Assembly: GCF_009914755.1 (NCBI RefSeq)
Contig: NC_060925.1
Source: the human T2T-CHM13v2.0 reference genome, Homo sapiens
DNA: 64,000 nucleotides
Reading direction: 5' to 3' (one strand)
Shown in pieces: positions 24,801 to 37,100 of the stretch. Within the stretch, counting starts at the first letter, position 1. Every line of letters starts with the position of its first letter. Position numbers and translations under genes: made by a program. Under the pieces are notes generated by a model that saw nothing but the letters and a program-made list of their open reading frames with translations, had not been told where the DNA came from and did no database searches.

Positions 24801-26655
24801 ATCTGGTGAGAACATGTATTTCTGGATTATCTTGATATTTGTATATGTTCATCTGAATCTGGGCATTGAAGAGTGAGGTGTTTATTGTAGTCCTCACAAT
24901 CTGGGTTTGTTTGTACCCATGTTTCTTGGGAAGGCTTTCCAGATATTCAAAAGGACCTGGATGTTGTAACCTAAGTGTACCTGCTTTAGGGGGCACCCCA
25001 TGCCCATTACTGCGGTGTTTCTTGCAGACTCGTAGAAGTATCACCTTGATGGTCTTGGATAAGTTTCAGGAGAATTCTCTGGATTGCCAGGTAGAAACTC
25101 TTGTTATCTTCTCTTACTTTCTCCCAAATAAATAGAGTCTCTCTCTCTCTGTTTGAGTCACCTGGAGCTGGGGGTTTAGTGATACAAGTACCTCTGTTGC
25201 CACTACCATTAGGACTCTACTGGGTCAGACTTGAATCCAGAACAGCACTGGGTTTCACATAAGCCTGTGTTAACCACTCCATGGCTACTACCTATGTTCT
25301 CTCAAAGCCGTGGTGCTCTACACTGGCATCCGGCAAAGCCAGCCAGGCCTATGTCCCTCCCTTTGGCATGATGAGTTTCTCTAGGCCCTGGACAGCTTCA
25401 GAGTTGCCACCTAGCAACTGGAGACCAGCTATTAAAAACCTTAGAAGACTGCCTGGTGTTCTATTGTATTGTAGCTGAGCAGGCACTCAAACCACAGGAT
25501 GCAGTCCTTCCCATATTTCCTACCTTTCCAAAGACAGAGGAGCCTCACTCCATGGCCACTGCCACCACAGGCCAAGAGGGGTATTGCCAGGCTACCATCA
25601 AAGTTCTCTTAAGGCCCGAGGTCTCTTAAGTCTGCTTGTGGTAAATGCTGCCTGGATTTGGACTCACCCTTCAAGGCTGTGAGCTCCTCTCTGGTCCAGG
25701 GCATGTCCAGAAATGTCATCCAACAGCCAAGGCCTGGAATCAGGGACCCCAAGAGCCCACTTGGTGCTCTACTCCTCTGTGGCTGAGCTGGTACCTGAGG
25801 TGCAAGGCAAAGTTCCCTTTACTTTTCTCACCATTTTTCTCAAGCAGAAATCTTGCCCAGTGGCCACCACAGGCAATGTGCTGAGTCTCACTTCAAGCCA
25901 GCAAGTCTCAGAGTCTTACCCAAGGCCCTTGATGTAGTACCTATGTATCACCACTGGTTTTTCATGGTCCAACAGCTCTTCTGTTAGCAAGTGATGAAAC
26001 CTACAAGGACTGGTTCTTCCCTTCCAGGCAGCAGGTTCTCTTCCTTCCTAGGGTGTGTTTAGAAATGTCTTCTAGAAAGGGAGCCTCACAACTCTAACCA
26101 TTGGCTTATCCTGCTGTGGCTGAGCTGGTATCTACGATTCAAGACAAATTCCTCCCCACTTTTTCCTCTCCTCTCCTTAAGCTGTAAGAAGGGATCTCTT
26201 TCATAGCTGTAAGCTATATAGCTTGGGGTTAATAAAGGGTTGATGCCAGAATTCCTTTAGCCATTCCTGCTGGTGTCTCAGTAGGGTTGCATGCCCCCTG
26301 CTTGTCCTTTGGCTCTGGGCCCAGGTCAGCACTATGACTTGCCTAAGAGTTGAAGTCCTTGTGGCCTAGACTTCCTTTCAAGTTTATTTAGGACCTCAGG
26401 ACACTTTAGCCTGCTGTGATGAGGCTTGCAGAAACTCAAGTTCTGAACATTGGGAGCAGTGATTCCTCTCTGGCTAGGACTGGTTTAAATGCACCCTCCA
26501 TGGTCTGGCATCAGTTTGGTCCAGTATATTTTTTCTGCTGTAACAGAGTAGCTCTGCGTTCATTGCATCACAATTGCTGAGGTTTCCCTCTCCCCAGTGC
26601 ACAAAAACTTTTTTGCATCATGCTACAGCTGCCAGGGGGGAAGAGGGAGGAGTGG
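18898..26655 (-). mobile_element. Near-full-length L1MA2-like LINE-1 (3'UTR, ORF2, long inter-ORF region, ORF1, long GC-richer 5'UTR)
   Basis: 3' end 'TTTTTGTGGGTACATAG...CATCCATCCCCTCAAG' is typical of L1MA1-3. ORF2 remnants (21747-21986, 22383-22634), ORF1 remnants (23883-24116, 24291-24497) and 5'UTR to ~26655, where an MST LTR begins. Confidence 0.85.
22939..23311 (+). mobile_element. MSTA-like MaLR solo LTR nested in the L1MA2
   Basis: Termini TGATATGGTTTGG ... GGACTAATACA, about 370 bp. The 5-bp TSD is degenerate (GTATT/ATCAT). Confidence 0.9.
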
Positions 26656-27388
26656 TGTATTGGTTTGTTCTCATGCTGCTATACAGAAATACCTAAGACT
26701 GCGTAATCTATGAAGAAAAAAGTTTTAATTGACTCACTCTCTATCATGAGAACAACAAGGTGGAAATATGTTCACACAATCCAATCACCTCCTACCATGC
26801 CCCTCCTCCAATTTGACATGACATTTGGGTGGGGACACAAATCTAAACCATATCCTCCCACCCCTGAACCTCCCAAATCTCATGTCCTTCTCACATTACA
26901 AAATATAAGTATCTTTTCTCAACAGTCCCTCAGTCTTAACTCATTTCGGCATTAACTCAAAAGTCCACAGTTCAAAGTCTCATCTGAGACAAGCGAAGTA
27001 TCTTCCATCTATGACCCTGTAAAATCAAAAACAAGTTAGTTACTTTTAAGATACAATGGGGGTACAGGCATTGGGTACATAATCCCATTCCAAATGGGAG
27101 AAATTGGCCAAAACAAAGAAGTTACAGGTACCACGCATGTCTGAAATCCAACAGAGCAGTCATTAAATTTTAAGGCTTAAAAATAATCTCCTTTGACTCC
27201 ATGACTCCATGTCTCACATCTAGGCCACAATGATGCAAGGGAATGGATCTCACAGCCTTGGGCAGCTCTACCTCTGTGGCTGTGCAGGATATAGCCCCCA
27301 CAGGTCCTTCTACAGGATGGCGTTGAGTGCCTGTGGCTTTTCCAGGCATGTAGTGCAAGCTGTTACACCATTCTGGAGTCTGGAGAAC
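26656..27388 (-). mobile_element. MST-like MaLR: internally deleted 3' LTR (26656-26854) plus truncated internal sequence
   Basis: TGTATTGGTTTGTTCTCATGCTGCTATA...GGGGACACAAATCTAAACCATATC, followed by MST/THE1-int text 'GCATTAACTCAAAAGTCCACAG...CATCTGAGACAAG'. Confidence 0.85.
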
Positions 27389-27389
27389 T

Positions 27390-29170
27390 ACAGGCTTCTC
27401 CTGTAGTTAAATATGCAATATACTTTCATTTTGCCCCTCTTGGCTTTTATGCTATTTTAATTTTTTTAAAATTCCTATATATGTTATAAGCTCTACAAAT
27501 TTTTGTTATTTTTCTTTAAACAGTAATTTGTTTTTAAAATAAATTCCATTAGTATGATACAAAGATTTTTTATGTTTTACTAAGTGGCTACCATTTCTGA
27601 AACTTCTCACCCTTTATGTAGATTTAGATTGCCACTTTGTATCCTTTTCCATCTGCCTAAAATATATACTTTAATATTTTAGCACAGTTCTGCCCATGAA
27701 GAATTCTCTGAGTGTTTCCATGCTGAAAAAGTTCATGTTTTGCATGTGTATTTTAAAAATAGTTTACCAAGTATAAAATTAATAGCTTTCTTTCTCTCAA
27801 CATTGTAAAGATAGTGCTTTTTTAAATTTATTCCGGATTGCACTGCCATGATAAAAATAAACATCCACCCTTATTTTTATTTCTCTATATGTGATGCACC
27901 TTTTCTCACCAACCCCGGTTTGCCTTTAAAATTTTCTGTTTGATGTTTATTTAACTACTTGGCTTTTTGCTATTTTAGCTATTTAGATACTGGGTTTTCA
28001 TAATGTTTGAAAATTTTGGGACATTATTTTTTCAAATTTTGTTTTTTTTTTTACCCCATCCCTCTCCTATATTCCAGGGACCCATTTAATGGTTTTCCAC
28101 AGTTAATTGATAATGCATTCTTTTGTTTTCCTTCAGGTTATTTTCCTGCGAATTTTATTTTAGATAGTTTCTATTGCTATTATTTCAATTTCATTTATGT
28201 TTTCAATTGCAGTGTCTATTCTTCCATTATTCTCATGAAGTTTATTATTTTTTTCTTCATATCTCATCTCTATTATTTTAATTTAGGGCTTTTTAATATC
28301 TTCACTGTTTCTACTTTTGAACAGATGGCAACCAGTTATATTGATTGTTTTAATGTCTTTTTCTATTAATTATATTAAATATGCCAGTCTGTTCAGATTG
28401 ATTATTATACTCAATATGACTCATGTTTACCCAATTCTTTGAATGTCTGGTAATCGTTTATTAGAGACTAGTCATTGTGAATTTTACCTTTTCTATACTA
28501 TAAAAATTCTTGAGCTTTGTTCTGGGACATGGTAAAGTCAATTAATAATATTTTCATTATTCTGGGGTTTTAATCTATGATTTACTAAGTTGTACCAGAG
28601 CACTATATAGTCTAAGGCTAATTTTTTCCCTTTACTGTGGCTGAATGTCCTGTGTGTTCTACTCAATGCCTTGTAAATTATGGGACTGTCTACTCTGACT
28701 TGCGGGAATGTTAAGTACTAGCATCCCCAAGTGAACTGCAAGGTATTTTTCTTCCAGTCCTTTCAGGAGGCCCTGGCCTTGGGTAGTTTCCTCACATGCA
28801 TGTACTGACAAGTACTCAAGTGAACCCCTCAGGGAAACCCTGTGCAATTCTTTTCACTTCCCTCTCTTGTCCTGTTTACTCTTCTCTGTGTATTCTATTC
28901 TCCTTGGTCTCCCCAGAATTCCCATTTTCATCTATGGAAACTGCTGGACTCTGTCTGGCTTCTTCTTCCTTGCACTGCGCCCTAGAAACTCACCAAGGCA
29001 GTACGCTGAGATAATCATAGAGTTCACCTCATTTGTTTCTCCTTTTTGTTTGTTGTGTAATATCCAATATCTTGAAAATTATTAATTCATGTATTTTGTT
29101 GGATTTTTGCATTGTTTTAGGTGAGAGGTTACATTTGTTCTCTATTACTCCATATTGGCCAGAAACAGAA
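27390..29170 (-). mobile_element. Ancient L1M (L1ME/L1M4-like) 5' region (ORF1/5'UTR)
   Basis: T-rich degenerate L1M ORF1-antisense text; ends 'TTACTCCATATTGGCCAGAAACAGAAG', typical of old L1M 5' termini. Confidence 0.55.
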
Positions 29171-30924
29171 GAGTAATTTATTCTTAATCACCTTTAGATG
29201 ATAGATTGCATGGGCTCATATGATCCCTAATTTAAAATTATCTATCTGTTTGGGGAGTGATAATATTAGAAGCTTAAATTTTCCTGTCTGGTTAACACCT
29301 GTATTTAAGAATAGAAGACATCAGCTCCTTCAGGCTGTGTGTTGTCCCTTTATAGTTCACCATTATATTGTCAGTTCTGAGAAAAGCCCGTTGTCTCTGA
29401 TGGACAAGAAGGCTAGGTTCCCTTTACAGACCCCTGTTTATTAGGGGAAATGCTTAGTGGCTATGCAGCTGTTTAAAAGGCACCAATGCCATGCTGTGGT
29501 CTGGCACCCTGCCTTTCCCATGTCCACAGCACCAGCTCCTAACAACAGTGGTTATCATATAGACCTTCCTTCTATTTTATCTTTTTCAAGTTCTCCTTTT
29601 AAAATAAATTCATAGTTCCTTTCAAAATATTTATTTTAAAAAATATGAAAATATTTACCATCAGTAATCTCATAAGGGCATTATTTTTTTTTAAAGTTTG
29701 ATTTTTTTCCCTTTTCTACTCTCACCCATTCTGCTCAGAAACTAGAAAAGCATGACTTCAAACAAAACCAGAGAAGAGATTTTCTTTTTATGAGTCTTGG
29801 AGCCCTAGAGAACCTGGGTTTTATTGCTAACCTCTTTTTTTTTTTATTTTAATTGGTCTGTGCCATTATGGTTAAATTCTTCCCTAAACATGTCTGAAAC
29901 ACAGAAGGTAATTATTTCACACTTTAGTGGAATTATCCCAAGACCTATCTGTTGTATTTTGGATCATCTGAAAATAGTGAAATTTGTAAGTTAAGAAAAT
30001 TAGACATTTAGGCAAAACTGTTGATACTCTACTAGGACAGATCACAGTCATACACATTAATCTTAAAAGCAGAAACTTCACCCCAAAAAAGATTTATTTA
30101 TTTTTTCTGTAAGTGTTTTGGTATGTTTATTCATGGCAGTTTTATTTCTCAATTACAGAGTTTTAATTTTCCACTTGGAAGATGACTATTCTGAATACAA
30201 ATTTATTTTCAAGATACTGTCCTCTGAATACTATATTTAAAAAATCCAGTTAACTTGCACAAATTATAGTGCCCCAAGGGCGTTCTTCTTTTTCAGAGGA
30301 AAAACCTATAAAAACAAAAGTTAATACTCACAAATGAAAAAGTAGTTGCACAGAGTTAATTTTTTCCTATTGATTTACTTTCTCCTACCAAAAAATCCCT
30401 CTCAGTGCATTATTTCCTATTTCTAGGATTTGTAATTGAAGATTCAAATATTTCTCAGCTCTCTTTTTACCCCTCTAACCCCTAAGCTTGATAGTTATCG
30501 GAGAATATACTTAGAAGAAAGCAAACCTGTGGTACTTCAGGGACTTTCCTCTCACCTTTCCTATCTTAGGTGTCAAGGTTGAGCATTTTGATTGTGTTTC
30601 TTATCAGCTAAACTTCTAAACTAAAGCAGTGGTTTACTATTTCAGTTTCTTCTCAAAGGCTTGTGGTACTTTTAATGGATTAGGTTTTCAAATTAAGACC
30701 AAGTTTAATATTGACTATGGCAATGATAGACTAAAACTATTCTGTATTTATTCTACTCATTGTTTTTAAGCCAGTCTACTGGAAAAAAAATACTAGAAAA
30801 ATATTTTATGTATTAGGTGGACTCTCAATTTTCAAGGAATTAAAAGCATTCTCAGAATATTTCAATGAAAGGAAATTTATTATGAGAAAACATGGGGAAA
30901 TAAGGTTTACAGGGGTTGAGATAT

Positions 30925-31185
30925 CTTTTTTCTATCTTTGCCTGCTTCCTTTCTTTTCTTTTCTTTCTCTTTTTCTTTTTCTTTCTCTCTTTCTTTTCGT
31001 TCCTTCCTTCCTTCTCTCTCTTCTTTCTTTTCCTTCCTTCCTTCCTCCCTTCCTTCCTTCTCTCTCTTCTTTCTTTCTTTCTTTTATTCTTTCTTCTTTC
31101 TTTCTTTCTTCCTTTCTTTTTCTTTCTTTCTTTCTTCTTCCTTTCTTTCTTTCCTCTTTCTTTTGCTTTCTTGCTTTTCTTCTTT
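30925..31185. repeat. ~260-bp polypyrimidine (TTTC/TTCC/CT)n low-complexity tract, the expanded tail of the adjacent Alu
   Basis: Almost pure C/T on the plus strand and directly abuts the Alu 3' end. Confidence 0.9.
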
Positions 31186-31387
31186 TGAAACAGGGTTTTA
31201 TTCTGCTGCCCAGGCTGAAGTACAATGGCATAATCACAGCTCACTGCAGCGTTGTCCTCCCAATCTCATGTGGTGGGAGGGTTTTCTATGTTGCACAGGC
31301 TGGTCTCAAATTCCTTGCGTCAAGCAATCCACCCCCATCAGTCTCCCAAAATGCTGGTATTACAGGCATGAGCCACCACACCCAACC
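31182..31387 (-). mobile_element. AluJ-like SINE with an internal deletion
   Basis: 'TTTTGAAACAGGG...GCCCAGGCTGAAGTACAATGGC...CACAGCTCACTGCAGC' then 'CAGGCTGGTCTCAAATTCC...ATTACAGGCATGAGCCACC'. Possible degenerate TSD TGAGATATCTTT/TGAAGTATCTTT. Confidence 0.85.
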
Positions 31388-31399
31388 TGAAGTATCTTT

Positions 31400-33910
31400 C
31401 GTGACATAATAGAAAATTAAAAATACAAAACACAGCTGTAGGTAAGGACGTGAAAAATTTAGTAATTTGCACTATGTAATTTCACTACATAAACTTATTT
31501 ATAATGCTTGTATAGAATTTAAATAATACAAACACAAATAACTATAAATCTTTGCTAATGTGTATGCAATATGTGAAAATGTACTTTGTGACATCAATAA
31601 CAAAGTGTGGGGGGATTGGTACTGTAAAGGAGTAGAATTTAAACTTTAAAATGTTTTATGCAATTGAAATGGTAACAAAGAAAAAAAATCTATGAATTAT
31701 ATATAAAGAAAATGAAAAGGAATTCAAGTCAAGTCACTACAAAACAAATCAAAGAAACACGAAGAAAGGCAGTAGCAGAAGACATGAAGGACAAAAAACT
31801 AAAAAATGTACAAAAAAATAACAAAATGTCCTTAGCAAATCCTTCTCTATTAATAATTTCTTTAAGTGAAAATGATTAAATTCCTCAATCAAAAGCTATA
31901 GATTGGCAGAATGGGTAAAAAAGGGAATACAACTATGTGCTATCTGCAGAAGACTCACTTTAACTGAGGACACACACATAAGCTGAAAGAAAAAGGATGA
32001 AAAAAGATATCCCACGCAAATGGTAACCAAAAAAGATTAGGAATACTTATACCAATGTCACATAAAATAGACTGAAAGTTAAAAACTGTTACAAGCAACA
32101 AAAAAGACATTATATTTGATTGTTGCAAAAGTAATTGCAGTTTTTGTCATTAAAAGTAATGGCAAAAACCGCAATTACTTTTGTGCCAATCTAATATAAT
32201 GATAAAAGGGTGAACTCATTAAGAAGATATAACATTATAAAAATTTATTCACTAAGCATCAGAGCCCCTAAATATATAAAGCAAGCTTTGACAGAATAAA
32301 AAGAGACATTCAGCAACACAATAATAGTAAGAGGCTTCACCTCTCCACTTTCAATAATGGATAGAACAACAAAAGATCAGTAAGAAAATAGAGAACCTGA
32401 ACAACACTATATACCAATTTTACCTAATAATCATGTACAGAACACTCCAATCAAAAACAAAATAATGCACATTCTTCTCACATGCACTTGGAACATTCTC
32501 CAGAGTAGACCATATTTTAGGCCAAAAAACAAGTCCTAACCAATTTTTTGAAAGATTTGAATTATACAAAATATATTTTCTGGTCGCAATGGAACTAAAC
32601 TGGAAATCTGTATCAAAAGTAAAACAAGTATCTATGAATATGTGGAAATTAAACAACGCACTCCTAAACAACTAATAAGTCAAATATTATATCACAAGGG
32701 AAATTAGAAAATATCTTGAGACAAAAGAAAATGAAAGCATATAAAAATTTACGAAATGAATTGAAAAGAGTGCTGAGAAGCAAGTTGATATCTGTAAATA
32801 TGTACATTAAGAAAGAAGGTCTAAAATAAACAACCTAACTTTATATACTTCAAGGAAATAGGAAAAACAACAACAACAACAACAACAACTACGTCCAAGC
32901 TAACAGAATAAAGAAAATAATAAAGACTATAGATGAATTTAACAGAAAAAAGTAAAACAATTAAAAAATCAATGAAACAAAAACGTGGTTTCTGAAAAGA
33001 TGAACAGTATTGGCAAACTGATAACTAGACTGACTAATAAAAGAGAACATTTGAATGATTAAAATCAGAAGTAAAATAAGAAACATTGTAATAAATGCCA
33101 GAGAAGTAAAAATGAGTGTAAAAGAACACTATGAACAATTGTATGCCAAAAAATTGGATAACCTAGAATAAATAGGTAATTTCTAGAAACACACAACCTA
33201 CCAGGCTGTCATAAGGAATAAAAATTCAGAACAAACCGATAACTAGTAAAGAGATTGAATCGATAATCAAGTACCTGCCAATAAGGAGACAGTCCAGTTG
33301 ACTTCTCTGGAGAATTCTACCTTAACACTTAAAAAGAACACCAGATCTCTCTGAAAATCTTCCAAAGAATTAGAAGGGGAGAGGACACTTCCAAGTTTAT
33401 TCTATGAGGCTAGTATTACTGTGATACCAAAGCAGACAAAGACACTATAAAGAATGAAATCAGCACACCAGGATTCTTAATTAATATTGATGCAAAAATC
33501 CTCAAAAAAATACTAGCAAACTAAATTCAAAATTATATTAAATGGATTATACACCATAACCATGTTGAATATACTCCTGGGATGCAAAGATGTTTAAACA
33601 TACAAAATTATTAAATGTAATACACCACATTAGCAGAATAAAGGACAAAAAAAGACTTGATGATCACAGTTGACAGAGAAAAAGCATTTAACAAAATTAA
33701 AAACTCCTTAATAATAAAAAAAACTCACACTTAACTAAGAATAGAAGAAAACTACCTAAAGACAATAAATGCCATGCATGAAAAGATGACAGCTTACATG
33801 ACATTCAGTGATGAAAGACTAATAGATGTAAACAACCCAAATGTCCATTGATGAACAGATAAACAAAATGTGGTACATACGTACAAAAGAATATTATTCA
33901 GCCTTATAAA
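31400..33910 (+). mobile_element. Old L1M (L1MB/L1MC-like): inter-ORF region and ORF2 EN/RT, jumping to a 3' fragment at ~33830
   Basis: ORF2 motifs 'GGAACATTCTCCAGAGTAGACCATATTTTAGGCC' and 'GATGCAAAAATCCTC', then 'AAACAACCCAAATGTCCATTGATG'. Confidence 0.8.
32115..32194. mobile_element. MADE1 miniature inverted-repeat element (Hsmar1 derivative), 80 bp, TA TSD
   Basis: Two ~37-bp inverted arms (..GCAAAAGTAATTGCAGTTTTTGTCATT / AATGGCAAAAACCGCAATTACTTTTG..) with TA at 32113-32114 and 32195-32196. Confidence 0.95.
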
Positions 33911-33934
33911 GGAAGAAAATAGCATTATAGAGTA

Positions 33935-34045
33935 TAGTATAAAATAATAGTAATCCACTCATAAGTTTGTTGTAAAAATTAAAGAATATGTGTAAATGTT
34001 CACACAACAGTGCCTGGTATTCATAAGGGCTCAATAAATGATCTG
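33935..34045 (+). mobile_element. MIR 3' fragment
   Basis: 'AAAATAATAGTAATCCACTCATAAGTTTGTTGTAAAAATTAAAGAATATGTGTAAATG...ACAGTGCCTGGTATTCATAAGGGCTCAATAAATG'. Confidence 0.7.
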
Positions 34046-36759
34046 TGCCTCTTAAAAAAGTGCTATCTGCAAACAACGCATATAGTCACATATTTGTTTG
34101 TGTGTGTGTTGTGATGATGAGCTGAGACTGGACTCTAGGTGGAATCAGAGACTCACCATAGATACCTAGTCTTATCTGAGTTACAAAAATATTTAGGGCA
34201 CACCAATATTTGATTTTTTATGTGCACTTTATTTAAAAAATTTGTATCTATTTGAAAAAAATGTGAAACCGCAGATCAGAATTACGGCAAATGCGATTAT
34301 CATTCTTGATCACCTAATTCTATCTAAATCTCTAATGGAAATATTCACTTTAGAACCAAGTTAAGCTGACTCTTTAAGGATCTAAGATATGGTAACACCA
34401 ATCATGTTAGTAGATAAATGATATATTCATATATATTATATATATATAATTTATAGAGTAAGGGTCAAATAATGCACATTCATGTAAACCATTTTCAGAC
34501 TATCTTCAAGATACGACTTTTCTCTTTGAAATCTAAAATCATCCATGCTGAGACAGAGGAGAAACTATTTGACCCATTTTAAGATGAGGTTATTGAAGTC
34601 AAAGTTATTAAGCATTTTACTTAAGGTTGCCTGGTAACTCCAGGTTTAACTAATTTTTTTCTAACATCTACAACTCTTTCTCCAGTAACATAATTAATTC
34701 CTTGACTGACTTAGAATGAAAGTACAAGTTAAAAAGTTCTAACGTTCTGAAAACAAAGAGCATATATAGTGAAAACTATGTGGAAACCAGAACATTACAC
34801 ATTAATACAGATATTACAGATATTATGTTTTTAAAGATTAAAGCTGATATTTATTCTTTTGACTCTTACATATATAACTTTATTTGGACTGATAACTCTG
34901 GGTAAAAAAATAAAGTGATTTTCATGGTCGTAAAATGACATTTGCTTTCATTATTCTACGGCTTTGTATGTTTCTTGCAAGAGAGTGCTCATAAAGCCTG
35001 CATATTAAATCACTCAGACATAATACTCCACAAACATCCTGTGAAGATGATAATGACTAAAACTAATTAGCTGATCACTAAGCTATAATTATTCTAAGAT
35101 AAAATAAGCTATGGGTATTAAAGATAAGTAAGAAAAGTAATGAAGTGCCTGTGTCAGAAGGCGTGGGTCATATGCAGTGCATATGAGCTGAGAAGGACAG
35201 AGTAGGTTTAATTTGCTCACATCCTCTGTTTGTATAAAGAAAGCAAACCAGGATTTCCAAAACCTAACCTGAGATATTTACTGAAAGTGAAGTTTTTATT
35301 TTAGAATGCTTTTCTTGATGGTGAAGTAGTATTTTTCACTGCTGGTTTTGACTGTTCTTGTTTTCACATGTAGTTTTCACAAGGAAGACTTTCATTATTA
35401 CCTTTGAAAAAGCACTGTTCTATTGTTAAAAAAGGTCAGTGGACTCTGAAATCTAAGATTCTAGTTTTGAATAAGATCAAACAAATTGTACTACCATTAT
35501 TGTTATATTTAAGTGACTGACAACTTGGTATTTGGAATTTGTATAATAAATGGCATTATATACATTTATATTAATTAGTCTAATGACAATAAAAAACTGC
35601 ATCAATATGACACTTATATTAAAAATATTCTTGCTGGATTATCTGAATTTGCATGCATAATTGGATAGAAAATTTAGATGACATTCTATTGTGACATCTG
35701 CCAGCTAACATAAAAGCTAATATTAGATGAATAAACATATGACAGTGAGTAGTTTTTCAATGTCGTAAAAATTAATTCAGAAGAATCCATTTTAAACTAT
35801 AATAGGCAACATAAACCATATAATTTTGTAGATTTTGTGATTTTGGATTAAAGACAAGGCCTTATTTGTAAGGATTCTTCTGGATTGTATTCTCTATTTA
35901 TATATGATCCTTGGCAATGTTAATTTGGATTTCAGTGTTGCTTAAGATTTTAACCCTCAAGTAATTATGCTTTATAACACATTTGGGTCCTTAAGTTTGA
36001 ATGGGTTTAGCATGGTAGATTAGTGCATACTAGATTCATCTCACCAATATATTGGAATCCTTCCATTCTGGCATCAAGAGAAAAAACTGTAAATGATGAT
36101 GAACTGAGAATTTTAATAGACTGTAATTAATCTTCGGTAGCTTTTTTGGAAATGTGAATCTAATGTATCTGCTTTCTATCCTAATTATAATATTGGTTAC
36201 AACAGTATAATTTGTCATGCAAAATAGCTTTTCTCTTACATTAAAGTCAAAGTAGTACAGCTGGTAGAAGTTTGCTGGTTTTGAATACTGACACATAATA
36301 AATACTCTAAGAAGTTCTGCTGAAGCCTTTTATTCTTGGAAATCTAAAGAGCCTCTTTGAATTCCACAAAGACTAATACATTCTTATTTTTTTACAATCT
36401 CAAATATCCCTGTTTCCAGAGATAAAAAAGAGGTCAGAATACAAGACTAAATGAGAATGGGTTCTCTTAGGCTTAATTTTTCAATGTATTTGAAGGACAC
36501 GTCCTGTTTTGTCTGGTAAGTCGAACAAGTCAGCTTTTTGGAGGGATACACCGGTCAAATTCTCACATCGGAGTCAACCTTTGTCTTCCAAAAGAAACAA
36601 TTTATCTACTATTAGAATTCTTCTACAAATTTTATAAATAATGTAACTCATTGAAATCAGCATGTATATCTTAACATAGCTAGTGTTACTCTGTCCTCTT
36701 GAGATACTAGTTAAAGCATCTCAAAGCTCAGTATAGGTCTAATGGCTGCAATTATTTGG

Positions 36760-37100
36760 CCAAAATATTTATTGTCAGCTTAGAATGTGCATGGTTCTTT
36801 CTTGGAGCTGAATTAAGCACAGTGAACATTTATATATTAACCTCACCTGATAGAGCTTACGATTTAGTGAAGACACACACACAAAATGCCCACCAAAACT
36901 AATATAACATTACAAATTATTAATAAACTTTATTAACAACAAGAAAAATAGAGTACTTCAGGAGATGCTAACAGGAATCAGGAAGACTTTCTGTAGAAGA
37001 CATATTTAATCTTACAATTGAATGATTAAAAGTAAAATTGGTGAGTAAAAGTTCACCAGTAACACAGAATTAAGGCTATTTTAGGGAACGGGAACAATAT
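36760..37100 (+). mobile_element. L2 fragment
   Basis: 'AATATTTATTGTCAGC...' and 'AATCAGGAAGACTTTCTGTAGAAGACATATTTAATCTT' are L2-like. Confidence 0.45.

Noticed and set aside
30852-31409. K/R/E-rich and F/L/S-rich ORFs up to 175 aa
   Set aside because: Artefacts of a stop-poor polypyrimidine tract plus Alu sequence.
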